A DNA stretch of 64,000 bases from assembly GCA_036012755.1 (NCBI GenBank), contig DASCPX010000137.1, positions 64,001-128,000 of the forward strand, read 5' to 3'. Shown here in pieces: positions 19,130 through 29,000 of the stretch. Source of the stretch: Myxococcota bacterium (GTDB taxonomy: Bacteria; Myxococcota_A; UBA796; CAJQPC01). The notes beneath the pieces are model-generated. The model did no database searches. It was not told where the DNA came from and saw only the letters and a list, made by a program, of their open reading frames with translations. Every line of letters begins with the position of its first letter. Position 1 is the stretch's first letter. The translations under genes and the position numbers were made by a program.

Positions 19130-19866
19130 CTCGTGTCGCGGCTGACGCGGACCACGTCGAGCTCACCAGCGAAGCTCCCCATCCCCATCATGTCGCCGTC
19201 GAAGACGCCGAAGAACTGGCCGTCTTCCGTGACGTCGCCGCTGAAGTCCATCGGCAGCACGTAGCCGTAGATCTCGACCGCGATGGTGCCGTAGAGAACG
19301 CCGCGGTCGTTCTCCACGTCGAGGACGAAGGCGCTGTCGAGGTCGTAGCCCTGGAAGCTCAAGAGGCAGCTGGCGTCGCCGTCGACCTGGTCGCCGTAGG
19401 CATCGATGATGATCGTCGAGGCTCCAGCGCAGCCCACCGTGTAGGTGTCGTAGGTCATGTCGACGCTCATGGTGCCGGCGTAGGTCCCCGCGTAGACGCT
19501 CTGGATGAGCACCCCACCGACCGTGTAGGCCAGGCGGTCGCCGTTGGGCAGGGTCGTCATCGCCGTGATGGCATGGGTGCCGACGTCCATCGTGTCGTCG
19601 TCGAAGCTCGCGCCGATGTTCTCCCAGCCGCCGATGTCAGAGGACCACTGGATGTCCTCGAACTCCAGGCTGTTGCCTTCTGCGTCGACGACGCGGGCCT
19701 CGAAGTGACCGCCGTCCTCCCATGAGATGAAGCTGCCCGGGGTCGGCGAGTCGACCATCAAGGTGGCGCTGTCCCAGGCTTCGTCGACGACTTCGTCCTC
19801 GAAGCCGCCGTCCTCGACGACCAGGTAGTCACTGCTGCAGGCGATGAGTGAAGTGAGTGCGAGCAT
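19111..19866 (-). CDS. Hypothetical lipoprotein with Ig-like domain
   Basis: MLALTSLIAC; IQWSSDIGG..VGTHAIT. Confidence 0.65.
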   Translation of the reverse strand: MLALTSLIACSSDYLVVEDGGFEDEVVDEAWDSATLMVDSPTPGSFISWEDGGHFEARVVDAEGNSLEFEDIQWSSDIGGWENIGASFDDDTMDVGTHAITAMTTLPNGDRLAYTVGGVLIQSVYAGTYAGTMSVDMTYDTYTVGCAGASTIIIDAYGDQVDGDASCLLSFQGYDLDSAFVLDVENDRGVLYGTIAVEIYGYVLPMDFSGDVTEDGQFFGVFDGDMMGMGSFAGELDVVRVSRDTSYSSSE

Positions 19867-19918
19867 CGGAGCCTTCCGTGCAGTGCGCAAACGTACCCCG
19901 GCCCATGTCCGGGTGTCG

Positions 19919-21508
19919 TCAAGTCTCTCCGAGCTCCCCGCGTATCCGTGCCCGCAGCATTTCCGGGGCGATCGGCTTCTCCAGCACCCGCTCAGCGTGC
20001 TCCTCGGAGAAGCGTCGGGTGCGCTCGGTGAAGGCTCCGCCGGTGATGAAGAGCATGCGGTCGGCGAGCTCGGGGTAGTCGGCGGAGAGCGCCTCGAAGA
20101 GGTCCACCCCCGAGATGTCGGACATCATCAGGTCGCAGAGGATGAGGTCCGGGCGCTCTCCCGCCTGGATCTGCTCCAGGGCCACGCGTCCGGAGGAGGC
20201 CGCCGAGAAGGAGCGGACCTGGCGAAGCACCCGGCGGAGGCTGTTGATCAACGAGGGCTCGTCGTCCACCACCAGGATGGAGGCCTCGCCCAGCACGTCA
20301 CATCCCTCCTCGTCGGGCAGGAGCGCGAAGCTCGTGTTCACCACCGGCGCGATGGCCGGGAGCCGGACGACCACCGTCGTTCCGGCCTCGCTGACGATGT
20401 CGATCTCGCCTTCGTGGCGCCGCAGGATCTCGCGGCAGACGGCGAGGCCCAGGCCCGTGCGGGCGCCGGTCGGGCGTTCGTTCTCGAGGACGGGGTCCCA
20501 GATGCGGGTCAGGGTCTCCTCGTCGAGCTGTGAGCTCGTGTCACTGAACCGCACGACCACCCACTCGCCTTCGCCGCGGCAGTTCACGAGGAAGACACGG
20601 TCCGAGTTGGTGTCGTTGCCGAGGTGGAGGAGGAAGCTCAGGACGTGGATGAAGACCTGCGAGATCCGGCCAGGAGCACACAGGACCGGGGGCACCCGCT
20701 CGATGGTGGTCTCGACCCGGCCGCGGTAGCGCATCTCGTTCTGGACCAGGCCGAGGGAGCGCTCGAGCAGCCGGCGCACGTCGGAGGGGACCTGGTCGTC
20801 GTCGTCCGTGCGCGAGAAGCCCTTGAGGTCCTGCATGATGTTCCGGATGCGCGCCATGCCCGCCAGGCTCTCGTGCATCATCATGAGCGACTCTGGGATG
20901 ACCTCCGGGTAGTTGGCCTGGTCGGAGAGCCGCTGGATCCTGAAGAGCTGCTCTTCGGTCCCGCTGGTGACCGCGGCCTCCATGCATGCCTTCAGGAGCT
21001 CTCGCAGATCGCGGATGCTTGCCTTGAGCTCCTCCAGGTTCGCGACGACGAAGGCGCTCGGGTTGTTGATCTCGTGGGCCACGCCGGCCGCCAGCTGTCC
21101 GACGATCGCGAGGCGCTCCCGCTCCACCAGGGCGGCCTGGGTGGCCGCGAGGCGCATTCGGACCTCGTCCGCGGTGGCGGCGTCGGGGCCCTTCCGCTTG
21201 ACCGCTCCGAGGCAGGCCTCTTCGGCGGCTGTCGGTGGCACGTAGTCCGCGGCCCCCGCCTTCATCACGGCGACCGCCTCGGCCACGCTCGGTCGATCCG
21301 AGCAGACCACCACCGGCACGTCGCCGGCCTTCTCTATGAGCCCAGCGAGGTCGTCGCTGCGGCTGTGTACGAGCACGACATCGACGATGCCCGTGTCCAG
21401 CAGGCGAACTACATCTTTCATCCGCGTCAGCTGAGTCGCGTCCGCGAGCGTCCAGTTGATGCGAGGTGCCCCGTCCGGGTGGACCTCGAGAATTCGCTTC
21501 CTGGCCAA
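19919..21508 (-). CDS. Hybrid histidine kinase/response regulator with degenerate ATPase domain
   Basis: H-box AGVAHEINNP; C-terminal receiver VDDE..CDLMM..KP; degenerate N-terminal receiver. Confidence 0.8.
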   Translation of the reverse strand: MARKRILEVHPDGAPRINWTLADATQLTRMKDVVRLLDTGIVDVVLVHSRSDDLAGLIEKAGDVPVVVCSDRPSVAEAVAVMKAGAADYVPPTAAEEACLGAVKRKGPDAATADEVRMRLAATQAALVERERLAIVGQLAAGVAHEINNPSAFVVANLEELKASIRDLRELLKACMEAAVTSGTEEQLFRIQRLSDQANYPEVIPESLMMMHESLAGMARIRNIMQDLKGFSRTDDDDQVPSDVRRLLERSLGLVQNEMRYRGRVETTIERVPPVLCAPGRISQVFIHVLSFLLHLGNDTNSDRVFLVNCRGEGEWVVVRFSDTSSQLDEETLTRIWDPVLENERPTGARTGLGLAVCREILRRHEGEIDIVSEAGTTVVVRLPAIAPVVNTSFALLPDEEGCDVLGEASILVVDDEPSLINSLRRVLRQVRSFSAASSGRVALEQIQAGERPDLILCDLMMSDISGVDLFEALSADYPELADRMLFITGGAFTERTRRFSEEHAERVLEKPIAPEMLRARIRGELGET

Positions 21509-21577
21509 TTGTCGGGCCTCGTGCCTGCGCCAGCGTACCGGATTGCCCCGCTTCGAAGCCGAAGTTAGCCGCTCCAG

Positions 21578-22555
21578 ATGGCGATGATCGCAGTCCAGTA
21601 CCTACAGAAACGCTTCGGAGCGCACGTCGCCCTGGCAGGGATCGACTTCTCCATCTCGAGGGGTGAGGTAGTGGGCTTCCTCGGGCCAAATGGCGCGGGC
21701 AAGTCCACGGCGATGAAGATCCTGACGGGCTTTCTGTCCCCGAGCGCCGGCCAGGCACGGGTCTGTGGCATCGACGTCGTCGAGGACCCCGTCGGGGCCC
21801 GACGGCACCTCGGCTACCTGCCGGAGGCCTCGCCCGTGTACCCGGACATGCGGGTCGAGGACTACCTCGACTTCGCAGGGCAGGTGCGGGGTCTTCCGCG
21901 GAGCGAGCGAGCCAACGCCATCGAGCGGGCGCTCGATCGTTGCGGGCTCATGGATCGGCGACGCCAGGTCGTGGGCACCTTGTCGAAGGGCTACAAGCAG
22001 CGCGTGGGCCTGGCCCAGGCCATGCTCCACCAGCCTGACATCCTGATGCTCGACGAGCCCACCAGCGGCCTGGATCCCAACCAGATCGTCGACATCCGCA
22101 AGCTCATCCGCGAGATCGGCGAGAGCCGCACGGTCATCCTCTCCACCCACATCCTCAGCGAGGTCCAGGCCTCCTGCGATCGCGTCATCATCATCAACAA
22201 GGGTCTCCTCGTCGCAGACGGACCCACCGACGAGGTCACGGCGGTCAGCACGGGCGAGGTCGTGCGCGCATCCCTGGTGCCCGGCGACGTGCGGCAAGAG
22301 CCCGAGGTCGTCGTGAGGGCCCTCGAGGCGCTGCCCGGGGTCACGGCGGTCCGCGTCGTTCCGGGCACCACGACGGTCGACGGCGAGCTCATCCTGCGCA
22401 TCCACGCCGACCGGGACGTCAGGGAGCGGGTCTTCCGAGCTGCCGTGAAGCTCGGTGTCGTCGTCCTGGAGCTCGGCCGAGAGCGGTCGAACCTCGAGGA
22501 CGTCTTCCGGCGCTTGACCACCGGCAACGTCACAGCGTCACCACCATCCAGATGA
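21578..22555 (+). CDS. ABC transporter ATP-binding protein (GldA-like)
   Basis: GPNGAGKST, LSKGYKQRVGLA, LDEPTSGLDP, STH. Confidence 0.9.
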   Translation: MAMIAVQYLQKRFGAHVALAGIDFSISRGEVVGFLGPNGAGKSTAMKILTGFLSPSAGQARVCGIDVVEDPVGARRHLGYLPEASPVYPDMRVEDYLDFAGQVRGLPRSERANAIERALDRCGLMDRRRQVVGTLSKGYKQRVGLAQAMLHQPDILMLDEPTSGLDPNQIVDIRKLIREIGESRTVILSTHILSEVQASCDRVIIINKGLLVADGPTDEVTAVSTGEVVRASLVPGDVRQEPEVVVRALEALPGVTAVRVVPGTTTVDGELILRIHADRDVRERVFRAAVKLGVVVLELGRERSNLEDVFRRLTTGNVTASPPSR

Positions 22556-23093
22556 TCGCGCAGGCGGCGATGAGCAGCGCGCCGCCGATGAACCAGACGA
22601 AGGTCTTGCGCTCCCCCTCGCTCTCTTCTCTCTGGATCCGCTGCACCGCCTTGTCGTGCTTTTCCTGCTGGTCGCTCGTGCGCGCGGCGGCCAGGTGGCG
22701 TGCCTTGGCGGTCTCCGCCGTGCCAGGCACGAGCACAGCCTTCTTCTGCCAGCCACGCTCGGCGCTCACCAGGTGGACGATCGCCTCCACGTCGACCCCG
22801 ACGAGGCGGAGGACCTCTTCGAAGAGTGGCCAGCCCGTGATGGGAACCCAGAGGCCATCCCGGATGCGCACGTGCTCCCGGCCCTTGTAGACGCCGAGGT
22901 AGCAGCGCTCCCGGATCAGGTCCGCGTCCACCGGCCCGTCCACCTCGCCGTCGACCCGCTGGACATAGAGCCTCAGGAGCTGCACGCACTCCGGCTCCAA
23001 GGGGAACTCGTGGTGGCAGGTCGGGCAGGTCTGGGTCCCCATGGGGGCCGCGTCGTCCCAGATGTGGGCACAGTGGATGCAGGTGACGTGCAC
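22530..23093 (-). CDS. Zinc-ribbon/GYF-like membrane protein
   Basis: CIHC..CPTC; DGEVDGPVD..W; C-terminal TM helix. Confidence 0.6.
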   Translation of the reverse strand: MHVTCIHCAHIWDDAAPMGTQTCPTCHHEFPLEPECVQLLRLYVQRVDGEVDGPVDADLIRERCYLGVYKGREHVRIRDGLWVPITGWPLFEEVLRLVGVDVEAIVHLVSAERGWQKKAVLVPGTAETAKARHLAAARTSDQQEKHDKAVQRIQREESEGERKTFVWFIGGALLIAACAIIWMVVTL

Positions 23094-23116
23094 TGCGGCG
23101 GATCATAGACAACGCC

Positions 23117-24922
23117 ATGGAGCTCCCCACCGCATTCGTGGTCGGCACAGCCGGTCACATCGATCATGGCAAGACCAGCCTGGTGCGTGCGCTCACGGGC
23201 GTGGACCTCGACGCCCTCCCCGAAGAGAAGCGTCGCGGCATCACCATCGCGTTGGGCTTCACCCCTCTGAGCCTGCCGAGCGGTCGCGTCGCCTCCTTTG
23301 TGGACGTGCCGGGCCACGAGCGCCTCGTCCGCACCATGATCGCCGGCGCCACAGGCATAGACGCCGTGCTGCTCTGTGTCTCCGCGGTCGAGGGCGTCAT
23401 GCCCCAGACACGCGAGCACCTCGACATCCTGCGCCTGCTCGAGGTCGAGGTAGGCGCGATCGCGCTGACGATGGCCGACCTCGTCGACGATGAGATGGTC
23501 GAGCTGGCCATCGAAGACGTGCGCGAGCTCGTCGAGGGCAGCTTCCTCGACGGAGCGCCGGTAGTGGTCACCTCCGCAGAACAGCGGCGCGGTGTCGATG
23601 CGCTCATCGAGGTCCTCGATGGTCTCCCCTGCGAGGAGCGAGACCAGCGCGGTCCCTTCCGGCTGCCGGTGGACCGGACCTTCGTGCAGCGAGGCTTCGG
23701 CGCGATCGTCACCGGGACGGCGCTGTCTGGCTCTGTCTCGGACGGCGATGAGCTGGTCGTGCTGCCGCAGGGCGACAAGGTGCGGGTGCGGGGTGTGCAG
23801 GTCCACGGGCAGAAGTGCGGCGGCTCACGCGCTGGGCTGCGCACGGCCCTGAACCTCGCAGGCGCTGCTCGGGAGGAGCTCCCTAGAGGCACTGTCGTTG
23901 CATCCAAGGGGGTGCCGGTGACCTCCATGCTCGACGCCCGGGTGCAGCTGTTGCCCACTGCGCCGCGCCTCGACAGCGGCTCCAGGGTGCGCTTGCTGGT
24001 TGGCACTGCAGAGGTCCTGGCGGTGGCGCACGTGCTCGACGGGGACCTCGATCCTGGCAGCTGTCGCCTGGTCCAACTCCGCACTGGCGAGCCCGTGGTC
24101 TGCCTGCCCGGGGACCGCTTCGTCCTCCGACGGGAGTCCCCCATGACCACCCTCGGCGGCGGCGTGGTGCTCGATCCCTGGGCGCCGAAGCTCCGCCCCC
24201 GGGATCACGCCCGCGGGGTCGACGAGCTGACCCGACTGGAGGGCGGAGACAGGGGAGTCCTCCTCGAGCGGGCAGGGCTCGCGGGGCTTGCCGCGGAAGA
24301 GGCCCGACGACGCGGTGTCGAGGGCGACGCTCTCGCCGGAGTCGTCTTGTCCCCCACTGCGGTCGCGAGGCTGCGCGGCGCCCTGATCGAAGACCTCCAG
24401 CGCTTCCACGCCGAGCACCCGCTGAGCCCCGGCGCTCCCCGGCGCGCCCTGCACCGTGGCTCGCTCGCGGCCCTCGGACCGGCCTCCTTCGACGCGCTCT
24501 TGTCCACCATCGACGAGGTCGTCGCCGAGGGGCCCCGCCTGCGGCTCGAGGGCTTCTCGGTGGCGCTCACCCCGGAGCAGTCGAGGTGCCGGGAGCGCCT
24601 GCTCGACCGGGTGATCGTGGCCCGCTGGGAGGGCTCCAAGCGCGACGACCTCCTCTCCGAGATCGAGGAAGGTGCGGCACTTCTCGCCCTCCTCATGGAC
24701 GAGGACGAGGTCCAGCTCGTCGCCGGTCGGCTCTACGCCAAGGGAGCGCTCGACGATCTGATCGCCGCAGTCGAGGCGCTGCTGGAGGCCGAAGGGGAGC
24801 TCTCTCCGGGGCGCTTCAAGGCGCTCACCGGACTGGCGCGAAAGGGCGCGATCCCGCTCCTGGAGTGGCTGGATACGCGCAGGGTCACGCGTCGGGAGGG
24901 CGACGTCCGCGTCCGGTGGTAG
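23117..24922 (+). CDS. selB: Selenocysteine-specific elongation factor
   Basis: GTAGHIDHGKT, EEKRRGITI.LGF, DVPGHER, GDRFVLR, winged-helix RK.AIPLLEWLD. Confidence 0.9.
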   Translation: MELPTAFVVGTAGHIDHGKTSLVRALTGVDLDALPEEKRRGITIALGFTPLSLPSGRVASFVDVPGHERLVRTMIAGATGIDAVLLCVSAVEGVMPQTREHLDILRLLEVEVGAIALTMADLVDDEMVELAIEDVRELVEGSFLDGAPVVVTSAEQRRGVDALIEVLDGLPCEERDQRGPFRLPVDRTFVQRGFGAIVTGTALSGSVSDGDELVVLPQGDKVRVRGVQVHGQKCGGSRAGLRTALNLAGAAREELPRGTVVASKGVPVTSMLDARVQLLPTAPRLDSGSRVRLLVGTAEVLAVAHVLDGDLDPGSCRLVQLRTGEPVVCLPGDRFVLRRESPMTTLGGGVVLDPWAPKLRPRDHARGVDELTRLEGGDRGVLLERAGLAGLAAEEARRRGVEGDALAGVVLSPTAVARLRGALIEDLQRFHAEHPLSPGAPRRALHRGSLAALGPASFDALLSTIDEVVAEGPRLRLEGFSVALTPEQSRCRERLLDRVIVARWEGSKRDDLLSEIEEGAALLALLMDEDEVQLVAGRLYAKGALDDLIAAVEALLEAEGELSPGRFKALTGLARKGAIPLLEWLDTRRVTRREGDVRVRW

Positions 24923-24935
24923 AGTCGCGCGTCGG

Positions 24936-26009
24936 ATGCTGCACGTCGCCCTGTTGCTGATCTCCTGGCTCCTCTCTGGGGTGGCTCTGGCCGAGGAGGA
25001 TCCGGGGATCCTCAAGATCAACGCGAACGTCGTCGGGGCGGAGATCCGCATCGATCACGAGCCTGTAGGAGAGACTCCGCTCACCCGCTACATGCCCCCC
25101 GGGCACTACTCGGTTCGCGTCGCCGCGGACGGCTACAACCCCTTCGTCCAGCGGGTCACCGTCTATCCGGGCAGGCGTACCGATCTCGGTGCCACGCTGA
25201 TTCGCGGTGGGAGCACCGTCGAGTTCGTCGTCGAGCCCGGAGGCGCCAACATCGAGCTCAACGGCCAGGACACGGGCTTCCGGACCCCTACCCGCATCCC
25301 GAAGGTGTCGGCTGGGACATATCAGTACAAGGTCACCAAGCCTGGCTACGAGCCGGTCGAGGGGACCTTCTCCCTCTCCGACGGTGGCAACGCCGTGGTG
25401 GTGGGCTCGCTGGAGTCTTCGGCTGGCCGCTTCTCGATCGCCTCGCGACCCGAGGGCGCGAGCGTCTACCTTGACGGCGAGATGGTTGGAGTGACCCCCG
25501 TCGACCTCACCGGCATCCACCCTGGCACCCACCAGGTGGGGCTGGCGCATCCGGACCACCCCCTGGTCGTTCGCGAGGTCGACACCTCTGACGGCAGCAA
25601 GGGTGTGGTGGACGCCAAGCTCAAGGACGGTGGCGGCAAGCTCGTCGTCGTGACCGGCTCGCCCAGCGGCACGGTCTCCCTGGATGGCGTACCCGTGGGC
25701 ACTGGCAAGAAGGTGAAGGCCCGCGCCGCTCGGGGCTCCTACGAGGTCGTCGTGGGTGGTACCGGCGCCGAGCCGGTGTCGCTGGAGGTCACCGTCCCCC
25801 TGTCGGGCTCCCTCTACTACGAAGCCGCGCTCGCTCCGAGCGGAGGAATCTCCACGCTCACGGAGAAGACGCCACCTCTGAAGCGTCCCCTCACCTGGGT
25901 CGCCATCGGCGGAGGTGCGGCCCTCGTCGGCGGGGGTGCCGTCGTCACCGCGGTGGTGCTGTCCCCCGAACCCGATCCCGTGGGCGACGTCGTCCTCCAG
26001 CTCCCCTGA
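24936..26009 (+). CDS. PEGA domain protein
   Basis: Repeated P.GA.V.LDG..VG.TP; signal peptide; C-terminal TM helix. Confidence 0.85.
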   Translation: MLHVALLLISWLLSGVALAEEDPGILKINANVVGAEIRIDHEPVGETPLTRYMPPGHYSVRVAADGYNPFVQRVTVYPGRRTDLGATLIRGGSTVEFVVEPGGANIELNGQDTGFRTPTRIPKVSAGTYQYKVTKPGYEPVEGTFSLSDGGNAVVVGSLESSAGRFSIASRPEGASVYLDGEMVGVTPVDLTGIHPGTHQVGLAHPDHPLVVREVDTSDGSKGVVDAKLKDGGGKLVVVTGSPSGTVSLDGVPVGTGKKVKARAARGSYEVVVGGTGAEPVSLEVTVPLSGSLYYEAALAPSGGISTLTEKTPPLKRPLTWVAIGGGAALVGGGAVVTAVVLSPEPDPVGDVVLQLP

Positions 26010-26011
26010 TC

Positions 26012-29000
26012 ATGCTCCTCCTGCTCGCCTGTACCGGCAACCAGCCAGAGAAGACCTCGATCCTCGTGACCGTGGTCGGCCCTGATCTCGCGAGCGTCGC
26101 GACGGAAGCGGAGAGCCTGGTCCTCGTGGGCGACCCTGACGTGCCCTTCGTCGACGGGGACGGCTACGCCATCGAGGGCGAGTTCGGGAGCTTCGTCTTC
26201 GTAGACGCCATCGATGACGACGAGGAGCTCGAGCTCACCCACACGCGCGGGTTCAGCGCGGACCTCCCGACCATCGAGCTGCTCGCGGGGGCCAACCGCC
26301 CGGAGCTCTCCTTCACTGCCTGGGCGGAGACCGAGGGTGTCGGCATCGTGGCCATGGCCGACACGGTCGGCCCGGTCTCCTTCGTCGACGACGAGGTCGT
26401 CGAGGTCACAGTGACCGGGCTGGTGCTGCTCGACGTGCCCCTTTCCGGTTGCACCGACGAGCTCGACAACGACGATGACGGCTGGGTCGACGCGGACGAC
26501 TCCGACTGCGACGAGGGGATCACGGAGGAAGGACACGGCACCACCGAGTGCAACGACGACAAGGACAACGACGCCGACGGCGCCGTCGACTCAGAGGACG
26601 TCGACTGCGACGACGCAGGCGATGACACGGAGGCCAACGGCTGCACCGACGAGCTCGACAACGACGGCGACGGCTGGATCGACGACGAGGACTGGGAGTG
26701 CCTCGACGGCACCGAAGAAGACGGCGTCTACAGCGACGAGTACGGCTGCTCCAACGGCGAAGACGACGACCTCGACGGGGACACCGACTTCAACGACACG
26801 GACTGCTCCGACGGCTTCGACGACGAGTACCCGGAGCTGTGCGACAACGGCGAGGACGACGACGGCGACGGCTGGTTCGACGCGGACGACCCGGACTGCG
26901 ACACCTCCGACGAGGAGTCCGGCTTCGGCACGTGGCTCTGCAACGACGGCGAGGACAACGACCTCGACGATCTCATCGACGCGGACGACCCGAGCTGCCG
27001 CAACGCCTTCGACATGACCGAGCTCGACCAGTGCGAGGACGGCATCGACAACGACGGGGACCTCTGGACGGACACGGACGACCTCGGCTGCGACGGGGAC
27101 GAGCACGGGGAGTCCGAGGGGTCGGGCTTCGAGGACGAGGCGGAGTGCTCCGACGGCATCGACAACGACGGGGACGGCTACATCGACGGCCTCGACGAGG
27201 AGTGCAACTCTCCCCTGGACGACGCAGAGGACTCCGACTGCGCGGACGAGCTCGACAACGACGGCGACGGCTGGACCGACGCTGACGACCCGGACTGCGA
27301 CACCGACGGCGCCGAGCTCGGCTTCACGGACGCTGCCTGCAACGATTTTTCCGACAACGACGGCGACGGGGACACCGACTCCGACGACGACGACTGCACC
27401 TCGGCCACGGACGACGACGAGACCGACCACTGTGACGACGAGCTCGACAACGACGGCGACGGGTGGGAGGACGGCGACGACCCGGACTGCGCGAGCGGGA
27501 CCGAGGAGAGCGGCTTCGGCTCGAACGACTGCAACGACGGCGCCGACAACGACGGGGACCTCCTCATCGACGTCGAGGACAGCTACTGCACGGCAGCGAG
27601 CGGCACCGCGGAGGCGGCGGAGTGCGACAACGGCGACGACGACGACGGTGACGGCTGGACCGACGACGACGATCCGGACTGCACCAGCGGCTCGACCGAG
27701 GCCGGCTACGGCTCCACCGAGTGCAACGACAGCGCCGACAACGACTCCGACGGCTACTTCGACGCCGACGACCCCGACTGCGCCTCCGCAGAGGACGACT
27801 ACGAGGAGGAGTACGACTGCTCCGACGGCGAGGACAACGACGGCGACGGCTGGACCGACACAGACGATCCCGCCTGCGGCTCCAGTGACACCGGCACCTC
27901 CGAGTCCCCCGCGAGCTCGGCCTACGACTGCAACGACGGCGACGACAACGACAGCGACGGCTACACCGACGCCGACGACCTGGGCTGCGCCGACGGCTTC
28001 GACACCGACGAGTCCGACGAGCCGATCACCCACTGCAACGACGAGCTCGACAACGACTCGGATGGCTACACCGACGCCGACGATCCCGACTGCTACGACC
28101 GGAGCGCGACGAGCGAGAGCGGCTACGGCAGCACCGAGTGCAACGACGGCTCGGACAACGACTCGGATGGCTACACCGACGCCGACGACGACGACTGCGA
28201 GGCGGCTGACGACGACAACGAGGACACCGCGAGCGACGACTGCAGCGACGGCTACGACGACGACGGCGACGGCTGGGTGGACGACGACGACCCGGACTGC
28301 TCGATCGGCACGAGCGAGTCCGGCACGGGCTCGGCGGCCTGCAACGACGGCACCGACAACGACGGCGACGGCGACACCGACGCGGACGACGGCGAGTGCT
28401 CCTCTGCGACTGACACCGCCGAGTCGGGTGACTGCAACGACGGGAGCGACAACGACGGCGACGGCTGGACCGACTCGGCGGATCCGGAGTGCTCCTCTGG
28501 CCTGAGCGAAGACGGCGTGGTGGGCTCCACCGAGTGCTCGGACCTCGCCGACAACGACGGGGACCTCCTCGTCGACTACGAGGACGGCGGCTGCGCGGAC
28601 GCCTACGACGACGTCGAGGACGACGCGGCGGGTGACTGCGAGGACTCGGCGGACGGTGACGGCGACGGCTGGGTCGACGCCGACGACCTCGACTGCCTGA
28701 CCGATGGCAGCGAGCTGAGCACCACCTCGTATGCCTGCAACGATGGCAGCGACAACGACGGTGACGGCGACACGGACGCCGCCGACAGCGACTGCCTCGT
28801 CGCCTGGCAGGACTTCGAAGAGATCGACGCCTCCTGCGAGGACGGCGAGGACGACGACGGTGACGGCTGGGTGGACGATGACGACCCGGACTGCTCCGTG
28901 GACGGCGAGGAGATCGGCTACCTGCCGCTGGACTGCAACGACGGAGCTGACGGCGACGGCGACGGCGACACCGACAGCGACGACAGCGACTGCGACGATG

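Noticed and set aside
23117..24935. tRNA-Sec near selB
   Set aside because: No intergenic space or cloverleaf seen
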